Shown here in pieces: positions 25,057 through 36,238 of a stretch of DNA of 64,000 nt; position 1 is the first letter of the stretch; each line of letters starts with the position of its first letter. Source of the stretch: Octopus vulgaris (taxonomy: Eukaryota); assembly GCA_951406725.2 (NCBI GenBank), contig OX597833.1, positions 20,088,001-20,152,000 of the forward strand. Reading direction: 5' to 3'. The notes under the pieces are model-generated. The model did no database searches. It saw nothing but the letters and a program-made list of their open reading frames with translations, and was not told where the DNA came from. Both the position numbers and the translations under genes were made by a program.

Positions 25057-25473
25057 TATTTCTTTACTACTCACAAGGGGCTAAACACAGAGAGGACAAA
25101 CAAGAACAGACAAACGGATTAAGTCAATTATATCGACCCCAGTGTGTAACTGGTACTTATTTAATCGACCCCGAAAGGATGAAAGGCAAAGTCGACCTTG
25201 GCGGAATTTGAACCCAGAACGTAACGGCAGACGAAATACCTATTTCTTTACTACCCACAGGGGGCTAAACACAGAGAGGATAAACAAGGACAGACAAACG
25301 GATTAAGTCAATTATATCGACCCCAGTGTGTAACTGGTACTTATTTAATCGACCCCGAAAGGATGAAAGGCAAAGTCGACCTTGGCGGAATTTGAACACA
25401 GAACGTAACGGCAGACGAAATACCACTAAGCATTTCGCCTGGCGTGCTAACGATTCTGCCAGCTCGCCGCCTT
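25057..25473 (-). mobile_element. Family B SINE head-to-tail dimer
   Basis: Two ~183 bp units; TSD-like CCATTGATAAACC / CCAATGATAAACC. Confidence 0.9.
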
Positions 25474-25798
25474 TTCCAATGATAAACCATCACATGCATG
25501 GTGAACAGGGAGAACATTTTTAACTAAGTCATCATTTTGATTCTCATTCCTCACCAGGAATATGATGGTTTATTATTATGAAAGGTAGATACGTAGATAG
25601 CAAGAGAAAGAGAGAGAGAAAGAAAGAATGAGAAAAAGAGATATTATATTGTGCAAACTAAATATCTTGAATTCTGAAGTAGTAGTTTCTTTTTAATCAA
25701 TAAAATAGTTATATAAATTTCATATTTTAAGAATGTAGCTAGAGATCTATGTAGATATAGAACTATAGAACAATAATCTAAAAAAAACACATTGCTAA

Positions 25799-26187
25799 TC
25801 TCTATATATATAAAGTTGAAGTTGTCTGTGTATGGCAGGTTTGGTAGTCTTCAACTAACACTATCTCCTCTGAGACCCTGCAGCGCAAGTTGACCAAAAT
25901 TGAGAGTATGATAGAAGAAGGCTTGCTCTCCCTTCCATAGAAGAAAAAATTCAAATCGGACCATAAGACCAAAAGTTATTTACATCAAAAAGGTGCTTTT
26001 TTTTCTATGAAAATCCCTATTTTTTATGACTTTTTTAATGCTGTGTTGCCATTTTTCGGTGTATTTCAACCAGAAAAATGTTCACTTAAAGAGAATAACA
26101 AGTGCATAATGCAAAATTTTTACTTTTCAAAAATTCCAATTCTAAAGGGTCGAAACAAACCCGAGCAACACCAGGCGATACTGCTAG
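25799..26187 (+). mobile_element. Non-autonomous Helitron
   Basis: A|TCTCTATATATATAAAG 5' end; 3' hairpin remnant CCCGAGCAACACCAGG followed by CGATACTG-CTAG|T. Confidence 0.85.
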
Positions 26188-26775
26188 TAGTTATAAAACT
26201 TTCATATTTTAAGACTTTAGCTAGAGATCTATGTAGATATAGAACAATGATATAAAAAATACATTCCTAATTTTAAGTAAAAATATTCATCAACGTATGG
26301 CAATTAGTTACAGTCTAATGATTGCGAATGACACTAGTCAACAAGTAAGAACATGTAATCCTTAATACAGATAATTTCTTTTTATGTTAAGCCATTATTA
26401 CTTTTTAATGGGCCATTATTATGTTAATACCAATACAATAACAAAAGACTAGCTAGTAAGAAACCTCTATATGGTTGCCAGACCTGTAAGAAATAGCTAC
26501 AAAATCACTCTCAAATCATTAACGTGTCTGAAAAAAGAAAAGACATCCCATGCATGTGTGTACACACACACGAATACACTATGCATTTATCTAGAAAAAA
26601 ATTGTGTTAGGGCTTGAGTGAATGTCTTTGAACATAGAATTGCTACCCTGTATGCAAATATATGTATACATACACATATACAAACATGTGTACTTACATA
26701 CAGAAAGAGACAGAGAGCTGACCTGGGACTAAAACAGCAACATAAAGAAATTACAAAACTATATTTTATCTCTTA

Positions 26776-27314
26776 CTAGCAGTATCGCCCGGCGTTGCTC
26801 GGGTTTGTAAGGGAAATAACTATATAAGCATTTTTAGAGAGTTACTTCCCTTATATAATAGCGAAAAAATGCATTAAAATGGAAAAAAAACGATGGTAAA
26901 TTTTTTTTTAAATCGTAGACTCATGTAGACGCTTTCTTAGCCATTTCTGTTTTGGTGTCTTCAAGCCATGAAGTCGTTGTTCTAAAAGAACGCTGGTCTC
27001 CTTGACAACGCATTACGACGTTGATTTCCTTACACTCCCTTCCCCACAGGTGCAGGTGTGAGCGTGGACGCCAACTCCGCCGCCATCGACACACGAAAAA
27101 TTATGCATTAAAATGGAATAAAAAAATGATGTTAAATTATTTTTTAAAATCGTAGACTCATCGTAGACGCGCGCTAATACTCAGACGGGCTCAATATGAA
27201 TCACGACTATAAGCTACCCGAATTAGGTTAAACTGCACCGCAAAATGTGGGAGTAGTTAGGAATCTAAATCGAAGGGGACAGACACTCACACAACTACAG
27301 TTTTTATATATAGA
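26776..27314 (-). mobile_element. Short non-autonomous Helitron module (3' module of the inner element)
   Basis: Minus strand A|TCTATATATAAAAAC...CCCGAGCAACGCCGGGCGATACTGCTAG|T; homologous to 29995-30390. Confidence 0.85.
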
Positions 27315-27324
27315 TATACATAGC

Positions 27325-27925
27325 GCAGTAGTGGTGAGATGTGACAGCAAAGAAAAGCATACATTCACTCTCTGCATGCAATTAGACTCGGAAAGTTCAT
27401 GAGGAACCCATTGACCCAATTTGCTGACTTTTCCGATAGCACACAGGTCTCAATGAATGGTTGAATGACCAAATCCAAGCTTCTCTGCTAGTTCCTCAAC
27501 AGTTACGATGAGATTTTGTTCCACCAGGGTTTTCAGGATGTCCTTGTCGAGTTCTACAGATCTTTCAGGATGAGGCTCGTCTTCTAGGCTGTAGTTTATG
27601 GCTCGGAATTTCTGGAACCACCATTGACACTGCCTTACGCTTATTGTCCAATCCCCATATACTGCATTAATATTTCTTGTACTTTCCGTTGCGTTGTTGT
27701 CTTTATTGAACTCATAAAGCAAAATATGCCAAATATGCTCCTTTGTTACTTCCAACATAGCTTTGAAAAAAATAGCTGTTAAAATCGAAATGCACTCTTC
27801 AAAACTTGCACTATGAATAAGGACAAGATAAAATTACTACCTGCTTTTATAGCAAGTTAATATAAGTAGTTTATCCCATTCCCCTCTGACTTTTAGTTCA
27901 AGCTGTTGAAAAAACCGCATTATTA
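27325..27925 (-). pseudogene. Mariner transposase N-terminal half (HTH domain plus WVPHEL), truncated
   Basis: KEHIWHILLYEF..NATESTRNINAVYG..WFQKFR..SLEDEP, then GQWVPHELS; TIR remnant AAAAAACCGCATTATT near 27910-25. Confidence 0.85.
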
Positions 27926-28177
27926 TATATATATACATACATACATACATACATATACACACACACTCTCTCTCTCACACACATGCACACATTTATATTC
28001 TGTTATTCTTTTATATGTTTCAGCCTTGAGGTTGTGGCCATGCTGGATCATGTGTGTGTGTGTGTGTGTCTATCTGTCTGTCTGTCTGTATGTATATATG
28101 TATATGTATGTGTGTGAACAATAATATTTTCAACAGATGTGTTGCAAATGTATCTGATTGTTCTCAAGCTTCAATAC

Positions 28178-28293
28178 TGTGTGTGTGTGTATGTGTGTGT
28201 GTGTGTATGTATGTATGTATATGTATGTATGTATGTATGTGTGTATGTATGTATGTGTGTATGTATGTATGTATGTGTGTATGTATGTATGTA

Positions 28294-28348
<55 letters not shown>

Positions 28349-28362
28349 ATGTATGTATGTAT
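28178..28362. repeat. (TATG)n/(TG)n compound microsatellite
   Basis: Direct inspection. Confidence 0.95.
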
Positions 28363-29216
28363 GAGTGTATGTTTACTTTATTACTAACACAAGCCACTAC
28401 GGTTATTTAGTGTAAAGTCTTCCTCAAATCACTATCTCTGGCTATTTACTCTCTTTCAAGAACATTTTCACTCACACTTATGTGTTAGCTTCCCATACAT
28501 TTTACTCATGGATCTATCAGCGTGATAGAGAGAAACAAATATTACATCTAGTTTCACTTTATTCGTTGCCCACTGTGTGTGTGCGTTTGCGTGTGGTGTA
28601 AACCAGACTAAGAAAAGCATTTGACACACACACCAGAATGTGAGTTTTCTGTAAATTTTGCTTAATTGGAGTTTAAATTTTAAAAACTGACCTGGCATGA
28701 CGTGATGCATTGTACTCTTAAAAATGATAGGTAAATTGTAATTGAAGAAATCCTATATTGTAGATTTGTATAACTCCCAAAGGGAGGCAGATAAAATCTG
28801 CCTTTTATAATAAGAGATTATAAAAGGCAGATTTTATCTGCCTCCCTTTGGGAGTTATACAAATCTACAATATAGGATTTTTTCAATTACAATTTACCTA
28901 TCATTTTTAAGAGTACAATGCATCGCGTCATGCCAGGTCCAGTTTTTAAAATTTAAACTCCAATTAAGCAAAATTTACAGAAAACTCACATTCTGGTGTG
29001 TGTGTCAAATGTTTTTCTTAATGTGGTTTACACCACACGCAAACGCACACATACACAAAGGGAGCGAATTGTTTCACTGACGCTATCACCCTTCTCCTCC
29101 TTTGTCTTTGCAAGTTGGCAGCTATTAAAGTGAAAACAGTGAATCCGACAGCGATTAAGAACACGAATTAGCACCTGAATGGAGTGAAAATTTAAAAACT
29201 GTTTCTTTCGGTGATT

Positions 29217-29460
29217 TTTCTGAAGAAACTGCACCAAGCCACAGACTTTCCCAGAAGAGAAAAGCCTTACACTATTTCTATTTACTTTTTCGAATGAGCC
29301 CATTTAAAATCATTACGGCAGAAACGAAACGTTACGCTAAATGTAAACAAAACGAAAGAAACGATAGTTTGTTATTTCCCACAACCTTAAATGAAATTAA
29401 GGCCTATTTTGCCATAAATATTATTATGGGTATCAGAAAGTTACCCAGAATAACAAATTC
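29217..29460 (+). pseudogene. piggyBac (PGBD/DDE_Tnp_1_7-like) transposase fragment
   Basis: FSEETAP..ALHYFYLLF..FKIITAETKRYA..FPTTLNEIKAYFAINIIMGIRKLPRI resembles the piggyBac ETNRYA..T..EIKA...I.MG..KLP region. Confidence 0.75.
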
Positions 29461-29665
29461 TATCGTAAAATTTTGTTGTATACCCAATTGAATATTAGCT
29501 AATAACCCATTTTCTATAGCGATGTTTGAACAAAATTTTAATAATTTTACAGAAAGTTACCCAGAATAACAAATTCTATCGTAAAATTTTGTTGTATACC
29601 CAATTGAATATTAGCTAATAACCCATTTTCTATAGCGATGTTTGAACAAAATTTTAATAATTTTA
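29434..29665. repeat. Perfect 116 bp tandem duplication
   Basis: CAGAAAGTTACCCAG...AATAATTTTA at 29434-29549 and 29550-29665. Confidence 0.95.
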
Positions 29666-29994
29666 TATATTGTTGAATTTACTTGTATCTACCTGCAATT
29701 AGAGTCACTTTGTGACAAAAATTATAGTATAGAATTGGTTGAGGACATTTCATTAAATTATCTTCCAAAAATCACATTAATATATTGATAAATAAAAAAG
29801 TTATAGTTGTTTAATGAAACCAGACTAAATTTATGATTACGTTAGAAATTAATTGAAACACAGAAATATAGTAACAAAAGGATTAAGAAAAACCAAAAAA
29901 TATTTTATTCTTTATAAATGTTGTATTCAAAATAACATTTTCTTTTAAGAATGCGTATATAACAAAGTATGTGTATATAACTACGTGGCTTATA

Positions 29995-30390
29995 TCTTTA
30001 TATATAAGAGTGAAGTTGTGTGTCTGTCTCCTACGATTTAGATTCCTAACTACTCCCACATTTTGCGGTGCAGTGTAACCAAAACCGGGTATCTTATAGT
30101 CGTGATTCATATCGAGCCCTTCTGGGTATTAGCGCGCATCTACGATGAGTCTACGATTTAAAAAAATTTACCATCATATTTTTCCATTTTAATGCATTTT
30201 TTCGCTATTATATAAGGGAAGTAACTCTCTAAAAATATCTATGATGTGTCAACGATTTAAAAAGAAATTTACCTTAATTTTTTTTCCATTTTTTATGCAT
30301 TTTTTTCCTATTTTTTGGCTATAACTCTCTAAAAATGCTTATATAGTTATTTCCCTTACAAACCCGAGCAACGCCGGGCGATACTGCTAG
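29995..30390 (+). mobile_element. Short non-autonomous Helitron module
   Basis: A|TCTTTATATATAAG ... hairpin ... CTAG|T. Confidence 0.85.
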
Positions 30391-30699
30391 TTATAAATAA
30401 AATTCAAAAACTTAAAATTTTTTTGCCAGTAGTTTCCAATTAGTCACTAAAAAAGCTATACAGGTTATATGTATCAAGGCTAGAGTTATGTAAACACAGA
30501 ACAATACTATACTGTACTATGAAATATATCAATAGATTATCAGCCAGCATTGTATGAATAGACAGAGGTAAATATTTTGTTTGTATATGTGTTATCTTCA
30601 TGGACAAAAGAAATATTAACCAGACCAGACCAGACTAGTTTCAATTTCAGTGACTGGATACACCTCTTTCACTGTCTAAGGTTATACAGTTTGACCTTC

Positions 30700-31437
30700 G
30701 AATAATGGGCCTTTCTCAGGCAATGACAAGTGACCGAAAGCTTTGGAGATATGCTGTACTTGAGAAGACCCAGAAAGCCAAGTGAGACCATAACCATAGC
30801 CTATGCCAGTGTTGCATAACCAGCCCATTTAAGAGTACCCTTCAAACATTGGGCAATAATCTCCACTTGCGAAGACCGGTTGAGGCAAGTGAAATTGTTG
30901 TCATGGCCAATGACAGTACTGCCTATCTGGCACCTGTGCCATTGGAACGCTAAAAGCACCATTTGAGCATGGTCATTGCCAGTGTCGCCTGACTGGCTCC
31001 TGTGCCAGTGACACGTAAAAACCACCATTCGAGCGTGATCATAGCCAGCGTTGCCTGGCTATGATCTGTTGAGGCAAGTGAAATTGTTGTCATGGCCAAT
31101 GACAGTACCGCCTACCTGGCACCTATGCCAGTGGAACGTTAAAAGCACCATTCGAGCGGGGTCGTTGCCAGCATTGCCTGACTGGCTCCTGTGCAGGTGA
31201 CACATAAAAAGAACCATTCGAGCGTGGTTGATGCCAGTACCGCCTGACTGGCCCTCATGCCGGTGCTATGTTAAAGCACCCACTACATTATCAGGATGTT
31301 TGGCGTTAGGAAGGGCATCTAGCTGTAGAAACTTTGTTAGATCAGATTGGAACCTGGTGCAGCCTTCTGGCTTACCAGCCCTCAGTCAAATCGTCCAACT
31401 CATGCCAGCATGGAAAGCAGATGTTAAACGATGACAA

Positions 31438-31442
<5 letters not shown>
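30700..31442 (+). mobile_element. Long family C element with expanded internal repeats
   Basis: ~65 bp units arranged in a ~190 bp higher-order duplication (GTTGAGGCAAGTGAAATTGTTGTCATGGCC twice), then the family C tail. Confidence 0.8.
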
Positions 31443-31471
<29 letters not shown>

Positions 31472-31489
31472 TGTTTTTATTTTGTTTTA

Positions 31490-31760
31490 TTTTCCAAGAT
31501 ACATCTCACATATGCTGTGGGGTGCATTATCAGTGATGTTTCTGGGGTTTCATGGGACTTTGGGACATCAGACCTCCTCACCCAGTTGAGGTTGAGCAAG
31601 TCCCAGTTTCTATCCCAGCAACAAAACCTCCAGTCTGCCCACTCTATCCAAACCCATGTGGTGGCCTTCTCTGCAGCTTCTGTAATGGAATTTATGGTCC
31701 CCCTCTTTGTAGTATCACTAACTCCAAGCCTAGTAAAAGCTTTATAATGTTGGTAGTAAG
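31490..31760 (-). mobile_element. 3' end of a Hero-like (R2-group) non-LTR retrotransposon
   Basis: Minus strand YKAFTRLGVSDTTKRGTINSITEAAEKATTWVWI resembles the EAAEKASRWLW C-terminus, followed by a 3' UTR and A-rich tail. Confidence 0.65.
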
Positions 31761-32552
31761 ACTGATTAATAAACTGCTGGTATGTTAATAGTTTTTTGTT
31801 TCAATATTGTATTATACTACAAAATGAAAGGCACCCATGCCAGTGACACGTAAAAGACACCCAGTACACTCTATGGAGTGGTTGGCATTAGGAAAGGCAT
31901 CCAGCTGTAAAAATCAAGCCAAAACAGACTATAATACCTGGTGCAGTTCACCAGCTTACAAGTCAAACCATCTAACCCATGCCAGCATGGAAAACAGATG
32001 CTAAATGATGATGATGATGATGTATGTATAGACAGATGTAAGCACTGCAACAGCAGCAGCAACAGCAACAACAACAACAGCTACAGCAACAACAAAGCAC
32101 CTGTAATTTATTAATTGAATGAGGGTCCGGCAACATCTTGCCTTCTCTAAAAATGTGACCTATATCTCAGTCATACTTTTGGGCTTGAGTGAGGGATCTA
32201 GGTCTTAGGCAAGTTTCAGAAAAGTTTACAAATTTCCATCATGGAACATTTATTTTTTCGATAAAAAAGCAACGAGCTCCCCATTTTTTGAAGTATGTCC
32301 TTTACAATTTCTCTTTATGCTCCTGTAAAAATGGGTAGGCTCCATTTATAATTTCAAAAGACAACAATCACATAAATTCATATAACCGTTTGTTTCAAAT
32401 CTTGTAAAATATTGCTCCCAAAAGGCAAGGGCACATGATAACATGAGGGGATGAAGGTCGGCAGTACTGTAACGATGATTTCCATGAATTTGGTTTAACT
32501 CTTTAGTAAACTAATTATTCTGTCAAATGTCCTAGGACCCCCTAGGACATTA

Positions 32553-32843
32553 GAAAGTTACCCTCTCAGGCACACATCCGGGCAAGGTTGTTTATGGAAG
32601 ACCAGCAGTTGCCCATGCATACCGGCCTCTCCTCTCCATGCCACTAACCTTATCCAAGAGAAAGGCAAAGGGGCCGATACAGCTTGGCACCAGTGATGTC
32701 ACAACTCATTTCTACAGCTGAGTGAACTGAAGCAACATGAAATAAAGCGTCTTGCTCAACACAACATGCAGCCCATCCGGGATTCGAACTCACAGCCTCA
32801 CGATTGTAAGCTCGACGCTCTAACCACTGAGCCATGCACCTTC
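32553..32843 (-). mobile_element. Family D3 tRNA-derived SINE
   Basis: Minus strand GAAGGTGCATGGCTCAGTGGTTAGAGCG..GAGTTCGAATCCC; head related to 14881, different tail. Confidence 0.8.
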
Positions 32844-33555
32844 ACATGTCAAATGTAATGTTTATTTATTTATATTGTTTTGAATTAATCTGCATTATCT
32901 TGTAGTTTAGAGATTTCACTGATGTGATTGTTTAGTTTTAGAATGACATTGTAGGATTGAGGTGAGAAGCCAGATCTGGCCAGTTCTAACATAAAACAGG
33001 TTAAATATTTTGGCCAGATATGGCTAATTTGAATAAAATACTGCTAATGATTTGGATAAGAAATCAGTCTGTCTGTGCGTATCTATTAATTGTTGATACA
33101 TAGCGAAGTCAACCCTTGAATACCTTTTGACAGCACTTTTGTGAACTACAATAACTTGAAAACATCGTGATTTTGAAGATATAATTATTCTCTCAGTCAA
33201 CAATTTATTGATTTCAACTTTAATGAATTTGGAGTCTTCAAAAGAATGATTCCAGGTGGAGTACTGCTTCTGTAGAAATTTCTAAGGTTGAGTCAGTGAT
33301 TATTCAAAGTTTTGAAAATTTGTCAAATATGCTCTTAAATTTAGAATCAACACATGAAGTGGACACAGCTAAAGGCAGAAGTTTACTTTTAAATTCGAGC
33401 TGAAGTGACTGAAGTGGTGGTAATGTGGAAATACCCAAGATAACAGAATTAAATCTCTCACAGATAACAGAAATAAAATTTCAGTTAGCAAGTAGCAATT
33501 GGTTATTTCAGTGTTTACATTTGCCTTCAACTCTAAGTAGATTCTAGAAACCAGT

Positions 33556-34081
33556 TACCGTAAATCTTCGAGTATAGTCCGCCCTTGAGTATAATACACA
33601 GGGGATTTTTAGGGGGCTGTACTTCTGAAAAACCTAAACCTTGTGTATAATACACACCCCTTCTCTAACTTGAGTTATGCGTAATTAAGCCAGCAGTACC
33701 TAGTTGAGCAAACAATTCCGCACATGCGTAAAACAATAATGGTGATGTTCTTAACTGTTATATGGGAATGTAAATATGTTTGCAAATTGTTTTTGTTACA
33801 TGTTATTCTGTGTTCTGAATACTTTTATTTTAATAAATGTTGCTTACTGCAAGTTATGGAGGATTCTTTTATGACTTCATTGCTTTCAGGCTTAGCTTAA
33901 GGTATTTTCATGCCCGACATCACAAAATGCATCTGAATAAACATTGCCGGACAGCAAATAGAGACTTGAACATTGCTTAGAAAATATTTTTCATTTTTAA
34001 CCTCGTATATAGTATGCACTAGGGATTTTGACCTTTAAATTTTGGGAAAAAAGTGCGTATTATACTCGAGGATTTACGGTA
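33556..34081. mobile_element. Tc2/pogo-like MITE
   Basis: TIRs TACCGTAAATCTTCGAGTATA / TATACTCGAGGATTTACGGTA with TA ends. Confidence 0.8.
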
Positions 34082-34199
34082 ATAGTGAGTTCTTCTGCCT
34101 GGGCTGCAGAAACAGCATCCAACAACATAAAAGTTTTCCCAGCTTTATAAGGTAAGTCACAGCAATGGTAGACTGACTTTTGTTCAATGGTAAATATCA

Positions 34200-34418
34200 C
34201 TAACCCTTTAGCATTTAAACCACCCAAATCCAACCAAAATATCCTACTTGTTTTATGTTCAAATTAACCAGATCCAACCTTTCCAACATACCCTACAATT
34301 TCGTTCTAAGAATAAAACTATCACACCATCAAAATATCACAGCTATGAGGTAATGCATGGTTAATACAAAACAATATGAATGAATAAGCGTTACATTTAA
34401 CATAACCTGAATGCTTAA
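34200..34418. mobile_element. piggyBac-type MITE (CCCTTTAGCATT family), degraded
   Basis: TAACCCTTTAGCATTTAAAC start; related to copies at 23215 and 53323-53948. Confidence 0.6.
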
Positions 34419-34819
34419 CAATTTCTAATGTAGGCAGAAGGCTAAAATTTTTCCAGATAATAGTAAGTTAATTAAATCACTCACTCTCCTTGGTACTAGA
34501 CTGGTACATTATTTTATTGAACCTGGAACGATGAGAGTCAAAGTTGAACTTTGACCTCAGTGCATGCAGAGCCAGAACCACAAGGTATGACTTTTCCTAA
34601 TGCTCTAACTACCAATTCCACTGCCTTTCTCAAATAAAACAGGAAATTTACAATATTTTGAGATCTTTTATTTTTTACTTGTTATTGGACTATAGCCATG
34701 TGGAGGCACCAACTTGAAGGATCTATCTTTTATCTTTTACTTGTTTCAATCATTAGACTGCAGCCATGCTGGAGCACTGCCTTGAAGAATTCTTAGTCAA
34801 ATGTATTGACCCCAGTACT

Positions 34820-35157
34820 AAACCTCCTTCAGTCATGACACAGACCATGGGATTGCACCAAGAAAGTTACCCTTCCAGGCATAAGGCCGGGCAAAGTTGT
34901 CTATGGAAGACCAGCAGTTGCCCATGCATACCAGCTTCCCCTCTCCATGCCACCAGTGTTATCTAAGGGCCGATACAGCAACAGCAGATACAGCTTGGCA
35001 CCTGTGATGTTGCAACTCATTTCTACTGCTGGGTGAATTGGAGCAATGTGAAATAAAGTGTCTTGCTCAAGAACACAACACGTAGCCTGGTCCAGGATTC
35101 AAACTCACAACTTCACGATCGTAAGCTCGATGTTCTAACCACTGAGCCATGCACCTT
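34820..35157 (-). mobile_element. Family D3 SINE nested in a family A SINE
   Basis: Homologous to 32553-32843; family A sequence resumes on both sides. Confidence 0.8.
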
Positions 35158-35817
35158 TATTTTTATTTTAAGCCTGGTACTTATTCTATCAGTGTCTTTT
35201 GCTGAACAGCTAAGTTACAGGGACATGAACACACCAACAACAGTTGTTAAGTGGTGGAGGGAAGACAAGCAGAAACACACACACACATATAGATATATAC
35301 GATGGGCTTCTTTCAGTTTCCATCTACTACATCCTCTCACAAGGCTCTAGTTGGCCTGAGGCTATAGTAGAAGACATTTGTCTGAGGTGCCATGCAGTAG
35401 GACTGAACCTGGAGCCATGTGGTTGGGAAGCAAGCTTCTTGCCACATAGCCGTGCCTGCACCTTAGTCAATTTTTTTTAAAGTATGGTATTTATTCTATT
35501 GGTTCTTTTGCTGAACTTCTAAGTTACAGGGACATAAACAAACCAATACCTGTTCTCAAGAAGTGGTGGGAAGGGCAAATACAAAGACACATACATACAT
35601 ACATACATACATAATACATAATACATACATACAAACAGAGACACACAAATAGATAGATGATGGGCTTCTACAGTTTCTGTTTATCAAATTCACTCACAAA
35701 ACACTTGCTCAAGGTGCTGTGCAGTAGGACTGAACCTGAAACCATGTGGTTGCAAAGCAACTTTCTGAACCACACAACCATGCTTGCACCTATTTGTTTA
35801 ATAAAACTGTATATTAT

Positions 35818-36238
35818 AGGCACAGGAGTGGCTGTGTGGTAAGTAGCTTGCTTACCAACCACATGGTTCCAGGTTCAGTCCAACTGCATGGCACCTTGGG
35901 CAAGTGTCTTCTACTATAGCCTCAGGCTAACCAAAGCCTTGTGAGTGGATTTGGTAGACGGAAACTGAAAGAAGCCCATCGTATATATGTGTATATATAT
36001 ATATATGTATGTGCGTGTTTATGTGTTTGTGTTTGTCCCCCGCAACATCACTTGACAACCGATGGTGGTGTGTTTACATCCCCGTAACTTAGCGGTTTGG
36101 CATAAGAGACCAATAGAATAAGTACTAGGCTCACAAAGAATAAGTCCTGGGGTCGATTTGCTCGAATAAAAGGCAATGCTCCAGTATGGCCACAGTCAAA
36201 TGACTGAAACAAGTAAAAGAGTAAAGAGTAAAGAGAGT
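35818..36238 (+). mobile_element. Family A SINE, full length
   Basis: Matches the family A consensus from head to tail. Confidence 0.9.

Larger units (their letters stand above)
26776..28817 (-). mobile_element. Inner composite Helitron (~2.04 kb)
   Basis: Minus strand: 5' TCTCTTATTATAAAAGGCAG at 28817, 3' hairpin plus CTAG at 26776, inserted at A|T. Confidence 0.65.
26769..30390 (+). mobile_element. Outer composite Helitron (26769-26775 plus 28818-30390), split by the inner element
   Basis: TCTCTTA at 26769-75 joined to TTATAAAAGGCAG at 28818 recreates the TCTCTTATTATAAAAGGCAG 5' end; 3' hairpin CCCGAGCAACGCCGGG then CTAG|T at 30390. Confidence 0.65.

Noticed and set aside
30880-31280. Regularly spaced repeats resembling a CRISPR array
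   Set aside because: Whole units are homologous with no unique spacers, no cas genes, and a eukaryotic context
32770-32843. tRNA-like sequence (also 10141-10212 and 14881-14947)
   Set aside because: A/B boxes are present, but each runs into a SINE body and I could not fold a full cloverleaf; these are SINE heads, not tRNA genes
34100-34160. Perfect AAG|GTAAGT donor on the plus strand
   Set aside because: No convincing upstream acceptor or recognisable coding frame; isolated matches are expected in 64 kb
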